A stretch of 64,000 nt of DNA from Pseudovirgaria hyperparasitica (lineage: Eukaryota), in NCBI GenBank assembly GCA_010093815.1, contig ML996595.1; one strand, written 5' to 3'. The position numbers and the translations under genes are program-made. The notes beneath the pieces are model-generated. The model worked only from the letters and a program-made list of their open reading frames with translations, searched no databases and was not told where the DNA came from. Positions 37,739 through 51,527 of the stretch are shown here, one piece after another. Position 1 is the first letter of the stretch. Every line of letters starts with the position of its first letter.

Positions 37739-39512
37739 ATGTCATCCCTGGCGCCGCAATGCTGGTCCTGTCGGCGCCGTCGCGTGCGCTGCGACTCCGA
37801 AAAGCCCGCCTGTCTGAAATGTCAAGTAAAGGGTATTGAGTGTCCTGGATACGGCGACACGAAACCCTTAGTTTGGATCAAGGGGCCAAATGCAAGGAAG
37901 AAACGGCGGAAAGTCGACGCCCACCAGACTTCTGGCGAGTCACTTGTTTCTGCAGAAAAAGGACTGACATATCAACATGCTCATCACCTGGAGAGGACGT
38001 TAACGCTCCAAGAGAAATTTCCGGCTGGATCAAAGGGTATCTGGGCGGATGCAGCAGAGCGAAGACAGAAAGCAGAAGGTACAGTACAGGAATTTGGGAG
38101 TCAGTATTTCCCTCCAAAGTTGGCGAATTTGGTTCGTTGTATGGAGTACTACAACCGATTCTTATGCGGAACCATGTCACCTATTGTGAGCGAATGCAAT
38201 CCGTTCCGAATCAAGGCTTGCTTTTGGCACTTCACACCGCCAATACTATTGGATATGTTCTTTCTAGTCGTTGCGAGACACCGGTTCATAAGGGAGACAC
38301 AGAGTCGGACGCGATTTGAGTGGACGGAGCACGTGAGGTCGCTGGAGAATGATATAAGCAAGCATACATTTTCGGCCGTGACTCAATTAAATCAGAGATT
38401 GAGTGAACCGAAGACCCAGAAAGAGATGATAACATTAATCTGTGTATTCATCTTGATGATCTCAGAGGTCAGCTTTGTACTAGCCCCTACGTTCACGTTC
38501 GATCAAGACTCACCATGTCCAGGTTCAGCGCTGCTCCGTCGGCAAAAAATGGAAAGCACACTTCCAAGGCGCCCGAGCCATCGTCGATCTACATGGTGGC
38601 ATGAAAATATTTTTGCGATCTGAAGAGTATGCCGTGCGTAACCTCATGACATACCTTATCCTAATTGAAACCATGCGTCTCACGACCTCGAACATACACA
38701 AAGAGCCTCTCGCATCCGAACAAAAACAGTATCTCTCATACGTCCCTTCTCTTTACAACGACGGCGTCTGGACTGTCATGCCGTGCTCGCATCACCTTCT
38801 GACGGCCATCATGCGGACGAACGACCTGCGCGCTCGCCGCTATACAGCATCTCTTCCAGAGCTCGCCGTGATTCAACTCGAAGCGAGAAAGCTCTTCATT
38901 GAGCTCAATGCCTTCGATCCGAAGCAATGGGCTGATGCTGCGGTCATCATCCAGGATCTCGCGCCGAAGATGAAGCAGACAGAGTGGAACACACGACTGC
39001 TCTCCTGGCCACTACCAAAAGAAAGTGTCGAGCGAGCCGTAGGCACGAAAGAGCGCGACGCGAAAATGTGGCTGTGCTTAGGCCATGTGTACCTGTCTGC
39101 AGTTATCCTATTCCTGCTGCGCTCACTTCTTCTCCCTATCTTTGGCCCGAACACTATCGTACTTCCAGACTCGGTCATGACAATCCAGCAGTTTCGCATC
39201 GAACACTTGCGCAAACTACTCATGAATATTGACATGTTGTTTGCGACGCGTAATACGAATATTCCTTTTTATCTGTACTGTTTCTGGCCCATGGTCATTG
39301 CCGGGCTTGAGATTAGTGGGAAGGACAAAGCGAGTAAGACGATGATTCGAAATCGGCTACACGATATGAGTGTGATTCTCGGGTTTCACAGTATGATAGA
39401 TGCCAGTGAGTTCTTAGAGAGATATTGGGCGAGGGGATCACCAGTTGTGGATACAAGCGTCGCATGGGACGAGATCTGGGATAATGAGGATCCCTGCTTG
39501 TTCGTATTGTAA
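37739..39512 (+). CDS. Zn(II)2Cys6 transcription factor with fungal-specific C-terminal domain (Acr-2-like)
   Basis: CWSCRRRRVRCD..KPACLKC...GIECPGY; intron 38468-38522 joins the two track ORFs in frame. Confidence 0.92.
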
Positions 39513-40523
39513 TAAGAACATTGTGGGCATACCAGGAGTATATTGGACGGTCTCCAGGGAACGACAGAGTATGCTGGACTCTCAACGATATCACGGTGGC
39601 CTTATCACAGTGGACGTCTGTCAACAATTGTCCGCAGACAATGTCTCGTCTGTTAGACAGACTCCAATTTGGATCAATAACGGAAGTGATTCAATACAGC
39701 CTCTTCTGGTCAGCCAACGACGGAAGTATCGGTTCAAATGAAGTGAGAAATTGGTTATCTCTTCCTCAGGAGGTCTACCTCTTTTGCAGCCTTAACTTTC
39801 GGAGGGGTCAGCATACTAGCTTGGCTCCGTGTCAGAGCAGTGCGTCTGAATACTTACGATGAGGTACTATGATGGTCGTAAGGCTATATACCTACACTTT
39901 GGTTTGGTTAGAGGTTATCGCCAAGCGAGACGACAACGAAATAGACAGGGGCTAAGGACTGATGCAAAGACTTAGCGGGATTGTTCATTTTTGTTGTCTC
40001 GGCAAGCAAAATTAGAAAATGCCTCTCGCAATCCCGGTTCAGTCTCGCAGTCAAGTGCACTCACCCCAGCCACTGAATGGACCAAGACTGAAGATGATGA
40101 CAACGCCAAAGCGGCACTGAGGGCTGATACCAAACATACAAGGAGTGTCATTTTCAATAAGACCCTGAGGACAGTGGCCTAGTGGCAGGGGATGACGGGA
40201 TGGGCTTTACAAGAACGAATAATATCGTAAAGCAACTCCAGCCAACCCATGATAGCCTGCTCCGTCCACTATCATGCTCAGGGCAAATGTTCTTCCCGTG
40301 GTAGATTGTCTTTCAAAGCGTACTACATCTAAAGTGTTGCTGCTAATAGGAACTGTCCTTGAAGTGACTGGAACGGTTAGCGTATGTGCGCTCGCTAATT
40401 AGCGAATCGGCAAGTCCCGTGCGCGAGACTTCCACACTTCGAAATCGCAAACTCACACCACGCACATCCTCACCATCATCAACGACATCTTCAGCGAACC
40501 CACTAACGCCCACAGGATTCAAG

Positions 40524-41531
40524 ATGTCGACATTCGAGCCGGTGGTACGTACTTCCGTATCGCACAGTGATACTTTCGCCATCTGAGCCAATGGATCTTC
40601 GCTAACACCGTCGCCTTCAGATCGTCATTGATGGCAAAGGACACCTGCTCGGTCGTCTGGCCAGCACCGTCGCGAAGCAGCTTCTGAATGGTCAGAAGAT
40701 TGTTGTAGTGAGGTGCGAGGCTCTTAACATCTCTGGAGAGTTCTTCCGCGCCAAGTGTACGTTCACCGATCTTCATCAGTCCGTTGTGCGTCCAAGAGAA
40801 AGAGGCATATGGGCAATTGATAGACACGCGATAATGTCAACATGGGGATGATGACCTTGGGCAAACCTATAGGCGGTGCGACATGGGTAGATTGGAGGTC
40901 CCAGGAAAGGCAACGGACGCACACAATTTCGAGAAAAGCACTGGGGCACACAGGATTTGGCTGACGTTCTCGCAGTAAAGTACTCCGCCTTCCTACGCAA
41001 GCAGACTCGTTACAACCCAACCCGCGGTGGTATGTATCGTCGAATCTTCCTACCACCGGTTTTCATAATGATGATGATCAGGTCCTTTCCATTTCCGCGC
41101 ACCGTCTAAAATCTTTTGGCGAACTGTCCGCGGTATGATCCCTCACAAGACCGCTCGCGGTGCTGCCGCTATGGATCGTCTCAAGACGTTCGAGGGTGTC
41201 CCACCACCATATGACCGCAAGAAGCGCATGGTTGTCCCCCAGGCTCTACGTGTTCTTAGACTGAAGCCCGGTCGTAAATACTGCACCGTTGGACGTCTTG
41301 GTCACGAGTTCGGCTGGAAATACCAGGATGTCGTTGCTAGGTCAGTAAAACAAAGAACACGTTCTAAGATTGCCACGCTAATTATATGCAAGACTTGAGG
41401 AGAGGAGAAAGGTCAAGGGTGAGGCTTACCACCAAAAGAAGAAGGCGCTGAGGAAGCAGCAACTGCAAGCTAAGTCGAGTGCGAACATCGACTCGACAAC
41501 GGCCAAGAAGTTGGCTGAGTTGGGCTACTAG
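40524..41531 (+). CDS. RPL16: 60S ribosomal protein uL13 (L16/L13a)
   Basis: Exons 40524-40544, 40621-40756, 40976-41029, 41082-41340, 41393-41531; [48 protein letters not shown]; additional 5'UTR intron ~40382-40515. Confidence 0.97.
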
Positions 41532-42289
41532 ATGTCGGGGAGACTCGGGAGATGTGCTCGGTAGGGCTATGGGGACGAAGCTCGTTATCATGATTCTGGC
41601 GCGATTGCATGGGAATTACGGTCTTCTCAAAAACTTTCAATATGCAACAACAAACTAGAGCTCATGCGCTGGGATTGGAGGGATGATATTGTTGCCGATA
41701 ACAATGCGACAGTAGAGTATTACTCTAGTCCTTTGTTCGCAGGAGCTTCAATGGCTTGCATCGTGCCTTGTAGAACAAGAATACCAATTCTACAAAACGA
41801 CGATGCACCAATTCCTCTGTCCTATCTAGGCCTGTACAGCAGCAGCACCCGGGATCCTAATAGTGCATGCCATCTAACAGGCACGTGATCGTTCGCTACC
41901 TCGGTGACTATCGAATTTTGTCATGTACCCATCTCATTTCTCTGTGGCTCCTGTCATTTCTCCGGCGGCCAGCACTAGGTTGTACCGGCCCTCGAGCTGA
42001 CTGCGACGCGATCTCTTCTTCCAATACCGAAATTGGACACGTATCGCATTCACCAATAGAATGCGAACATCCCTTCAGGTGTCTTTTCCGGCTCGTTCCC
42101 AGCGTTTGATTATGACCCTTCTCCTTGACGAGCTACTTCCAACGTACATCCTGCAAGATCACATGTGGAGTGGATGTGTGATAGACGTAAGTTCGTTCTC
42201 TTCTGAGAGAATCAAAAAATCCAAGACACGTACAGATAGCAATAGTCGCAAGAGAGACCAACAAGGCTACTCTGTCTCTCAAGCACCAA

Positions 42290-43492
42290 TCAACTGGCTT
42301 CTCCCTCAGATGTTGAACAAGTCTTGTATGAAGAATCGTCCCTCGTTGTTTGATCGATCGCTTTACTCTCGTCTGCGCGAAAGCGTTTCTCATCTCTCAG
42401 AGTGAGCTACTCTAGTGGTGAAGATTCCCTGCGCCGCTTCCTTATCCACGGCTTGTATGTTGTGATGACGCCAGTCTGCTGCCCAACGATGGAGACTGCA
42501 TCCTCCGCCTGCTCAAGAAGCGAGCATAATTTGTTGACAGGGAGAATAATCGGATCACGTAGCTGGACGTCAGCCCCTGCCAGGGCTTCAGTGGCGAAGT
42601 CCCGAAGGCGTAGTCGAAGGCCTCCTGCACGAGATGGGCTTGGGTTGCCATTGGTATCGCGGAACACCTCTAACATGTTAGCATAACCGCAGATCTGATT
42701 GGTATTTGCAAACCTGATTCGCGACGACTGATTGGGCCACTAGTTCTTTCTCCTGAGTTTCATTCGTGATAATGTTCGGCCGCCAAACAGATAACGTTGC
42801 CTTCTTGCCGGTTTTACATTCGATATCTAAGCCCACAACTACCCGAATATCGCTATCAGATCCAAGAATATAATCGTCCGCCAGGCGCTCGAGGTCCTTT
42901 CTCTTCTGCGAATACGACACCTCGATCACAACTCCTGGAAATTGGGCCTTCGAGTGGCGAAATTGCGCATCAGGATCGTGCTTGCCATACTCTTCGTCTG
43001 TAAATTTGATTGATGCCGATCCTCCAGACATTATCTCTTTTGCAAACTCTGCGGACGTGTCTTGAAAAGACTCCAATTGAACTTGTATCTCCTCCACGAT
43101 CCTTATGATGAATATTTTGTGCAGATTGGTTGGCATTCGAATGACAAGTCGACTGGTAGAAGGGAAATAGTCGTACCTGTGCATAGAGTTAGCAGAGAAT
43201 GGGACAGAAGGCACCATCAGGCTTCTTCATACCGGAGTTTATGTTGTGCAAACCCACGGAGAGACTCGTCTCTTTCAAGTTCGTGCTGCAGTTCCTGGTA
43301 CCCTCTGGGGTCTAACGAATAGACGTCCCACGGCGACGTCGTCAAGTTGCGTCCGTCCTGCCGATTCTTAATGTCCTCTACGATACGCGAGACCAAACTT
43401 AGGCCCTTCTCATCTGTCGGAGGAGGGGTCAAAGGGGGGGTGAAGCTTTCTGGAGGCGTAGTGTGCTGACGAGAATGGGAATGAATGCTCAT
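42290..43492 (-). pseudogene. Fungal PD-(D/E)xK / Uma2-like nuclease-fold protein, 3 exons, with a likely premature TAG
   Basis: Exons 43492-43233, 43176-42714, 42667-42407(-42290); motifs HDPDAQF, PGVVIEVSYSQ, LADDYIL, VVVGLDI; the frame stays open for 38 more codons after TAG 42409-42407. Confidence 0.65.
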
Positions 43493-43679
43493 GATATTAT
43501 AGCTGCGTACGTGGTAAGCGACGAATTATGAGATACGGGTAAAACTGGTTCAGAGTGGTAGCAATACAGTATTGGGTTGCGATTGCGATCTTTTGTTGTC
43601 GATAAAATTAGCGTTCTCTGGTTGGTTTGACAACATGTGCAAGCCTCAGGCAATTAAGTCACGTGTAGTGATAAGCGAA

Positions 43680-44460
43680 GGAGTTAATTCTAGTTATATA
43701 GAGCTAGCCCCAATTAGCCATAAGCGTAATAGAGTAGTAAGATAATTACTAATTACTTACCTACGATCTAAACCTTACCTTTTTAGTCTTCTTTAGCTTA
43801 ATATTATTCCAAAGGAATCATAAAAAGATGCAATGTTTTGTCTAGCGCCCGCTAGCGCCCTCACCAAAACCACGACGAAAATCCACCTTTTGCCACATAT
43901 TAAATTAACCAGGGCCTGATTCAAAAATCTGGTCCCTAGTTTTATAGCCCTGCCTGCGACGAGTATTTTCATATACTTTTTACCCTCTGCAGGGCTATAC
44001 TCATAGACGAGATAGGTTTACAAGCCTCTGGTGTCGCGTTTGGTGGCAGGTTCAAAAATTTAACTTCGCCGTGGATTTCCCGGCGTGCCTTAGTGCCTTA
44101 AATTCAAGACTGCACGCAGTCTGCCGGCCGCAGGCCACCCTAGTAGCTTTATAATATTATCTTATCTTGAATACTACTTATAAATCATAGTTAGAGTATT
44201 ATAAAAATATATCTAGAAAATAAAAGTTTAGTAAGCTAACTTAGAAAGAAGAGAATATATATATCTAAAAATCTTAGAAAGTCAGCTTTTCTATAGAGGT
44301 ACTACCTCTTTATTAAACTTACTAAGGTATAAGAGTTTCTATACTAGCGGTTCTTCACGGTATAGTAGTATCGTATATAAGAGGTCTAGTTCTACGGGAT
44401 ATAATTCTATCCCTATCTTTAACTAGCTTATCTTTCTTCAAAGGTCGAACCGTCCTCGAG
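43680..44460. mobile_element. Short RIP-like AT-rich repeat relics, unclassified
   Basis: TpA-rich patches at ~43680-43830 and ~44140-44440 within otherwise balanced DNA. Confidence 0.5.
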
Positions 44461-45771
44461 GATAAACACTGCATAATTATCACCACCTTCAGCTTGTCAA
44501 GTGCTACTAATACCGCGACCGTAGGTCTCTATACCGCCATCGAAAGTCCCACTGATAGTGTGGGGGATATGTAGGTTACGGAGCCCTTGAAGGAGGAATT
44601 GGGAAAGAGGCGCAAGGACAGAGCGTAGTGGCATCGGTGACATGGGGAAATGTGAGACTAGCAAAGCCTTGGGGAAAGGGAAATGAGGACTGAAGTAAGG
44701 GATTGCATGGTGTGGCAGATCTTGGTCAGAGCCGAAGAGTATCTGACAGATGAGCAAGTGAAGCTAAGATGTAGAACAGATAAGAGGCTGAGGAAAGACT
44801 GCGCCCACTGATAACAAACTACGGGTCTTAGTGCTCCTCTGAAACTGGCTTCTCCGGTCTTTGTAGTTTTTGCTAATGCACATTAAGCTCTTCTTACACT
44901 CTACATTCATTCTATAATCGACATAGACGAAGCATTTAGTCAACCACCAGATGCCATTTCTTGATTACATAAATGAAGAGAACTAAATCCTCATCTGAGA
45001 CGCAAACGAAACATTAGTCGTTGGTCAATTTTTCTGTTAGAATTCGTCGAAATCTCGAATAGGGTATGCCAAGAATTGTTTGGGTCTGAAACAGATTGTA
45101 ATAAGAGATCAAAGGTAACCTATCGTAAGATCTATCTATCCAAATGTAAACTTGTTAAGATCAACGGAGCTTGATAGAGGTACCATTGGGGCCTCCCCCC
45201 TTGAAAGGCTACTGGAGATATAAGGAGTTATGCTCGAAGAATACCTGGCCCTCAAAAAGTATGTTGAACACTAGCGCATCGATCGCGTTAAGGTGTAGCT
45301 TTTAGAGTAGTTCATGGCCTTTAGGGAGATGAAAAAACCCAAGACTCCGCTTTTAATGGTATTAGTATCATCACTATTCGGAGCAACGTTGTTGTGATTG
45401 AAAGAGCGCCAGGGAGCATAATGAAGGGGCTATCCGGTCATATTACCAGTCACAGCGTTCGTCTGACCTTTGTTTCTTAAATGTATTAGTATAGAACCTT
45501 TTATTTGATGATAGAACCTTCATATAGAGTTTTTTGACATGGAAGACCGCAGACATAAAAGTAATGTGGTGTATCACAATAACACGTCTGAGTTCAACGA
45601 GTAGATGGAGAGGCTTCGTGCGCTTCTACATGATGCTCTCAAGTCGGCGAGGACGGGGATGGCGCTTCAAGTAGACAGTAGTAACCCCAAATTACATGGA
45701 TAGCGAAGGCTTATGTCCAAATTGTATGTTAAACAGACCATTCTCTGTACATCAGTTCTACGCATGTAACT

Positions 45772-48203
45772 TCACTGTCTTACGAGCTCAACTGTGCTTA
45801 CGATGTCCACGGAGCTACTCCCAACCATGATCTTGGTAGTTCCGCTCGGTAGCACCCATTGCTGGCTCACCACATCCCATCGACTCAAGTCACGCCTCGT
45901 CAACTCCATTGCGAATGTTCTCGTCTCGCCAGAGTTGATGACCTGTTTCTGGAACCCTCGTAGCACGTGGATGCTTTCGCCTGGAAACTGCACGTACAAC
46001 TGTGCTACCTCGGCTGCGTAGATAATCCCAGTATTAGAAACCTCGACCGCCACACTAACGAGTCTGTCAAACAGGCTCTTTGTCCCCCCTGGTATGGTGT
46101 CTGTTGGATTAGGTGGCGAAGCGGGGGCAGAAGAGAAGTCGTTGCTTGTGATATGTGCGGAGCTGTACGAGAATGTTGTATATGACAATCCGAAACCGAA
46201 TGGCACGCGTGGCTCTATGCTTTTCTCTTGGAAGTAGCGATAGTCGAAGCCGCTTGGGTCTGAAAGGTTGACTTGAGGGTTGCCCATGGGAACGTAACTC
46301 GCATTCAAGAGTGGGCCATAATCAGATGCATTTTTCGCGATTGTGTATGGAAGCTTGCCGGAGGGGCTTTGGTCGCCAAACAAAACCTGCGTAAGAGCGC
46401 GACCGGAATCCTGGCCTGGTAGATGCGCGAGTAGGATTGCTGTAACGTTGGGATGGTCGTAAAAACTGTCGAGGATGCGGATGAAGGGATTGTGGATGAC
46501 CACGATAGTGTTCGCACAGCGATCCGCAACGTGCGTGACAAGCGAGTCAGATCTAGGGTCAGCCAGACCAGCGCGATCTGATGATTCTGTGCTGAAATCG
46601 TTCAGGAATACTAAGCACGCAGAACTTGCAGCACTAACATCGGGGGTGAAGGATTGAAAGTCGTGTAATACATATATGTTGTCCTCGTATGCACGCTGGG
46701 AGATGGCAGAATAGGGGTCAGAGATATAAGACCCGATGCTGGAGCCGGATCCGGTGGCTGAGAAGTAGGTACCGTTCGAAGCAATCTGTGGGATTTCTAT
46801 CGGCGTGCCAGAGATAATCGAGATGAAGTCGTCAGCAGTTGCATTCACACCTTGAGCATAGAGAGACCAGAGAAGGCCAAGAAGACCAGATCCTGGGTTA
46901 CTTGTGGGTTGAACGGTGCCATCGTAGCCAAAAAGAGAGAGTATCTTAGGTGAGCGGAGTGGAAGAGCATAGTTCGTATTCTTGACAAGTACGTGGCTTT
47001 CGATTGCTTGCTGCAGACGGCTTTGTTTCTTCGATGGATCTCGGGCGTCTACGAGTTCATGATCAACTGTATAATCCTTGACGAGGCCGTAGCCGTTGGG
47101 CGGTGATGATACTTGGTCTCCAAAAACGTAATACGTTGCAGCGAGTTGGCGGGTAGCCATGTCTTGTAGTCTTCCTGAAGGAATGGATCCATTTTGTACG
47201 CCAGTCGCGAGTGCTCCTTTGGCCCAATAATTGCTGCGATATCAAAGTCAGCTGGTGCGCAAATAGTGAATCTCAATCTACAACGCGAGTTTACATACTC
47301 TGAATTGGGCATGGCCACGTCGAGTCCAGACAGCGCGGACGGCACACCAGAATGCTGAGCACCCCAATCGCTCAGCACAAACCCAGGAAACTGCAATTCG
47401 TCTTTCAAGAGGCCGTTCAGGAGGTTCTCATTCTCGCAAGCATACGTGCCATTCACCCTTTGATATGAACACATGATACATCCGACACCAGCGGCAACAG
47501 AATCTTGAAATGCCCAGAGGTACAGCTCGTGCATATCCTTATCGTTGATCTCGGACGAAACAGAGACATTATTTCCACCAGATGGGTTCCTATATGTCTC
47601 CTGTTCATTCCCAACAAAATGCTTGACTGAAGAAATGACGTTTTCCTGAATGCCAATGATGGAAGCAGCCGAAAGCTTCCCAGCTAGAAACGGGTCCGCA
47701 CCTAAGCCTTCCATGTTTCTGCCTCCCAAAGCGACTCGACCCGCAGGACCAACGACAGGCGTCAATAGTATTTTGACACCCTTCTTACGATGCTCGAGTC
47801 CCATCTGCTGACCACGCTCATAGGCCAGTTCGAGATTCCAACTCGCAGCAACGGAGATGCCTTCTGGGTAGCTGTTGACTAGATCTGTCTTGCCAATGTC
47901 ATTATAGCATAGTCCTTCGAAGCCAACACGGCTTGCACTGCCGATCATGCCAGAACAAGCGCTATCAACACCATACGTCACATTATTCAACTCCTCGGTC
48001 GTCATCTGCGAGGTGATAGCGTGAGCCTGGCTAATGGCGTAGAACCAATTTGTCGCCGCATCAGGGTTGTCTATAAGATGTCAGTCTTCAGACCGAAAAG
48101 CGTTGACTTGAGATGTCCGACATGACTGTAATTCAAAGCCAAGGCTTGTTTTTGCGACAGAGAATGCCCACACGGCGGTGCACAATGTGACGAAAGACAT
48201 CAT
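45772..48203 (-). CDS. Secreted GH3 beta-glucosidase with C-terminal FN3-like domain
   Basis: Signal-peptide exon from ATG 48203; introns ~48121-48071 and ~47297-47236; GGRNMEG, KHFVGNEQE, IMCSY, nucleophile SDWGA, PFGFGLSYTTF, AEVAQLY. Confidence 0.93.
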
Positions 48204-49392
48204 TATAGTCATGTGTGACGACTACCCGGGTCGCGATGTTATTTGAATGCTCGCGTAGGTGCGAGGAAGGGGAACAAGCAGGTGTGTCCCATATATAGAA
48301 CTTTTACGTCGCTGGTTCCTCCATCGTGAAAGCCAATTATAGGCTGAATTGCCTGGCCCCTAAATGAACGATTCAAGGCGCAGTCTAGTCACAGTTCCCG
48401 TTATTATGATTACAAGTCTTGTCGTGGGGTCGGAAGGGAGCGAGAGGCGCCGAGATCCGTCGGAATAGGACTCGTGGAGACCCATTTCATCTTAATAAAG
48501 TTTAGCGCTCTCCACAGCCCAGGTCGGTTGCCCAATTCATCTCCCGTTACCCGTTGTCGTGGGGCGAGAGTGAACACCATAACCCAGCACCAGATGCCAA
48601 CAAGTCGATTCGGCCGAAGTTGGCAGAGCTTGATTGGCCCCCACATACCGCTAGTTTTGAAAACCACAATCGGCCCGGGCTACGGAAGCTGATATGCGAA
48701 GTTTGCTGCTGCCTGAGGAATCAAGGTAAATAGCGACTGATGATGAAACATGAGCGCTACGAAAGTTCGTTTGTCTCGCTCTGGGACTTGATAGAATACT
48801 CTATATCTTTTGGTTTGAGTAAAGAGCCACCAACGATTTCGCAAGAGGGTCTTGTACATAATCGTTCTCAATCATGTCTCAAATTCCTGCCAATCTCCAG
48901 ACCTGATGCATATCAACATCTACATAATAACAGATCAAGTGAGCTTCGCTATGCTTCAATCCGTCACTCAGTCTCGCATAAAAACTATACTAATAGACTA
49001 AGGTCATTCGGCAGAATAGTTTCATGACATTGGTTAAGACAGGGTGGTGGCTGAATGACGTATTGTAATCATAACCTACCTTATCTAGTTAGACCCTGTC
49101 TCCGCATTTCCGACGGCAAAGATGAAATGCTCGTAGGATTGTTCTGATGAAGGAGTAGAGGTGGAGAAGCCTTTCAGATCTATTGTCCCCTGTTTATATA
49201 CTGCGCTGTAGCGGCCTTGACCTTCTCAAGATACTTCTCAGTATGTTCATAGAAGCATGCCCAGGATGTAACCCAATGTCCAAAGTCAAACTCATGTAAT
49301 GCACTATATATCGCAAGATCATCCATCGTCTCCTTCCCCCATTGGTCCCATCTTCACTCCCATATTTCTCACTTCCTCGTCCTAGCATTATC

Positions 49393-50427
49393 TCATTTCG
49401 AAGTTCCTGCGTACTGATCTAACCGATCCAACCAACCTTGTACCTCGCGCACGAGCTCTTTCCTCCTCATCCTCACATCATGATTGCCGTCGGTTTCCAC
49501 CGCATCCAGCTTTAGCATAACCTGCACCAATATGGTCTCCGCCAAGCCCTTCTGCTTCATCGTCCACTTCGCCATCTCCACTCCTTCGCCCGGTGTGCTA
49601 CGCAGAAACTCTTCACATTGTGGTTGTAATGTAATTCGAAAATGGCTCTCTAGCGCATCTAGCTGAGTCATTGGCGGATTTGACAGCGAGGGCTGTGGCG
49701 CGGAGATGGGTGGCGCAGAGGAGGGTCGCAGGTTTGCAGTTGAAGGTATAGGTAGATACTCAGCAGGGCGGGGGGTGTTATTTGTGTATCTTGCGGATGC
49801 CTGAGTCGAAGATGAGGTCGGAGATTTGCGCCCACTTGCGCCGCCACGCTTCTTACGCTTGCTGCGCGTCTTCCTCTTCTTACTTGCAGTATTGGAGGGG
49901 GTAGCACTGTCATCAGCGGATTCGTCGTCGGAGCTTGCACTGAGGACACTGCGATCATCCGTGGCGTCACGAGTGTCGAGATAGCTGTCTGATGCTTCGC
50001 TGACGGTGACGAGTACTTCAGAGGCGTGATCCGAGTGTAGACCTTCGTCACGAGCAAGCGCCTTGTCATCTTTGAGGTTCTTGCCTTTGTAAAGGAGTTT
50101 TATACGTCTTGCGTCGCGGATCTCGAGCTTTTGGGCTGCGGCGATGCGGAGCACTCCGATTGTGATTTCGCCACTAGAGAGGCTACCGCTGGGGAAGTGG
50201 ATAGGATAGCTCAACTTTTTATTTCGTAAAATGATTGTGTCGTCGTTCGCACCAGGGGAGGCGGCATGTTGGGATTGATTGTTCGATATAGCGTGACGAG
50301 CGAGATCTTCCGATGTTATATAGCTGAAGTCAGAGTCGGTGACCTGGTTATTACCGGAATTTGCGTTGCGCCCAAACGGAGAGAATTTGCCAGCCATCTG
50401 GCCAAACCGAGAGCTCCAGGATGACAT
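49393..50427 (-). CDS. Ubiquitin-like + BAG domain co-chaperone (BAG1-type)
   Basis: Ubl IKLLYKGKNLKDD; BAG LAETILVQVMLKLDAVETDG...RMRRKELVREVQ..LD.LD; first ATG 50427 (MSSWSSRFG). Confidence 0.88.
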   Translation of the reverse strand: MSSWSSRFGQMAGKFSPFGRNANSGNNQVTDSDFSYITSEDLARHAISNNQSQHAASPGANDDTIILRNKKLSYPIHFPSGSLSSGEITIGVLRIAAAQKLEIRDARRIKLLYKGKNLKDDKALARDEGLHSDHASEVLVTVSEASDSYLDTRDATDDRSVLSASSDDESADDSATPSNTASKKRKTRSKRKKRGGASGRKSPTSSSTQASARYTNNTPRPAEYLPIPSTANLRPSSAPPISAPQPSLSNPPMTQLDALESHFRITLQPQCEEFLRSTPGEGVEMAKWTMKQKGLAETILVQVMLKLDAVETDGNHDVRMRRKELVREVQGWLDRLDQYAGTSK

Positions 50428-51527
50428 CTCCTTATTCTTCTGCTTCTTAGCCTCAGGACAGGTTGTAAAGGAGGGTGGAGATTGCAGTGCTGGCAGACGA
50501 GAACGTTGACGGCCGAAAAACAAGAGGAGGACGGCTGCAACGAACAAGATAAAGCCAGCAGTCGAGTAGACGAGCGAATCGTCGTCGACTAACCGTGAGG
50601 AAAAACCTCGTAATCGATCCACGATGTACTGCTTGTCCGTGTAATGAAGTAGCAAGTCCCACTTGCGCCCCACCAACTCGTCTTTAAAGGATGTTGCAGG
50701 CTGGTAGGGAGTAGTATTCTTGAGCCGGCGGCCGAAGATGTCAGAGATGACGTTGAGAAAATGTGAAGACGCCAGAGTGAAGATACCTTGTCGTAACGAT
50801 TTGTCGGCAGGAGAAGAAGGAATCTCAAGTAGAAAAGTGGTGCGACGACCGTACGAATCGTGGTTTCCCACGACCGGTGGATGTTAAACTTAAGCTTAGG
50901 TGCCCATACCGAAGTAAAAGGCCCGACTCAGAGCCTTGCGTATCGGTAAGCACAGTGTACTGAAAGCAACGCTTTAGCCACCTCTACTCTCTCTGCCAAA
51001 GTACATTTAGGGCTTCAAAGTGGCTAAAGATCACGGTTTAACCAGAAAATAACGACCATAAAGTCCCAGTTTCATTGATTCATATCATCCTATCGCCATA
51101 ACAAACGCTACTGCGTCTCAATCCAGGTCATCAACCGTATTGCGCCCACGATGCATCCCGCCATAAGTATTAGCGGTTGTGATTACTAAGCCCCCTACAC
51201 TTTTCGCGCACAACGCCAGCGGGACCGACCATGCATCAGTGTATGGAACATATGAGAAAAACATAGGAGAGACATAAGACCAAAAGTCTTTGCGAAAAGG
51301 TTTCGTGTCACCTCAAACATCACTAACGTGAACCCAATACCGTAAAGGAAATTTGATGCACGACAAGTGCTCATTTCTTAGCCAAGAGCCGCGGGTTGAG
51401 CGTTAAACAAAGGAGACAGGTCGTCTATCGGAAATGTCGGATTCAGCTACCAGACGCGGTTATTCACGCCCAGTCTCGTAGATACCTGGACAGATGATGA
51501 ATAAAGTCGTTCAATAGTACTGCTTGA

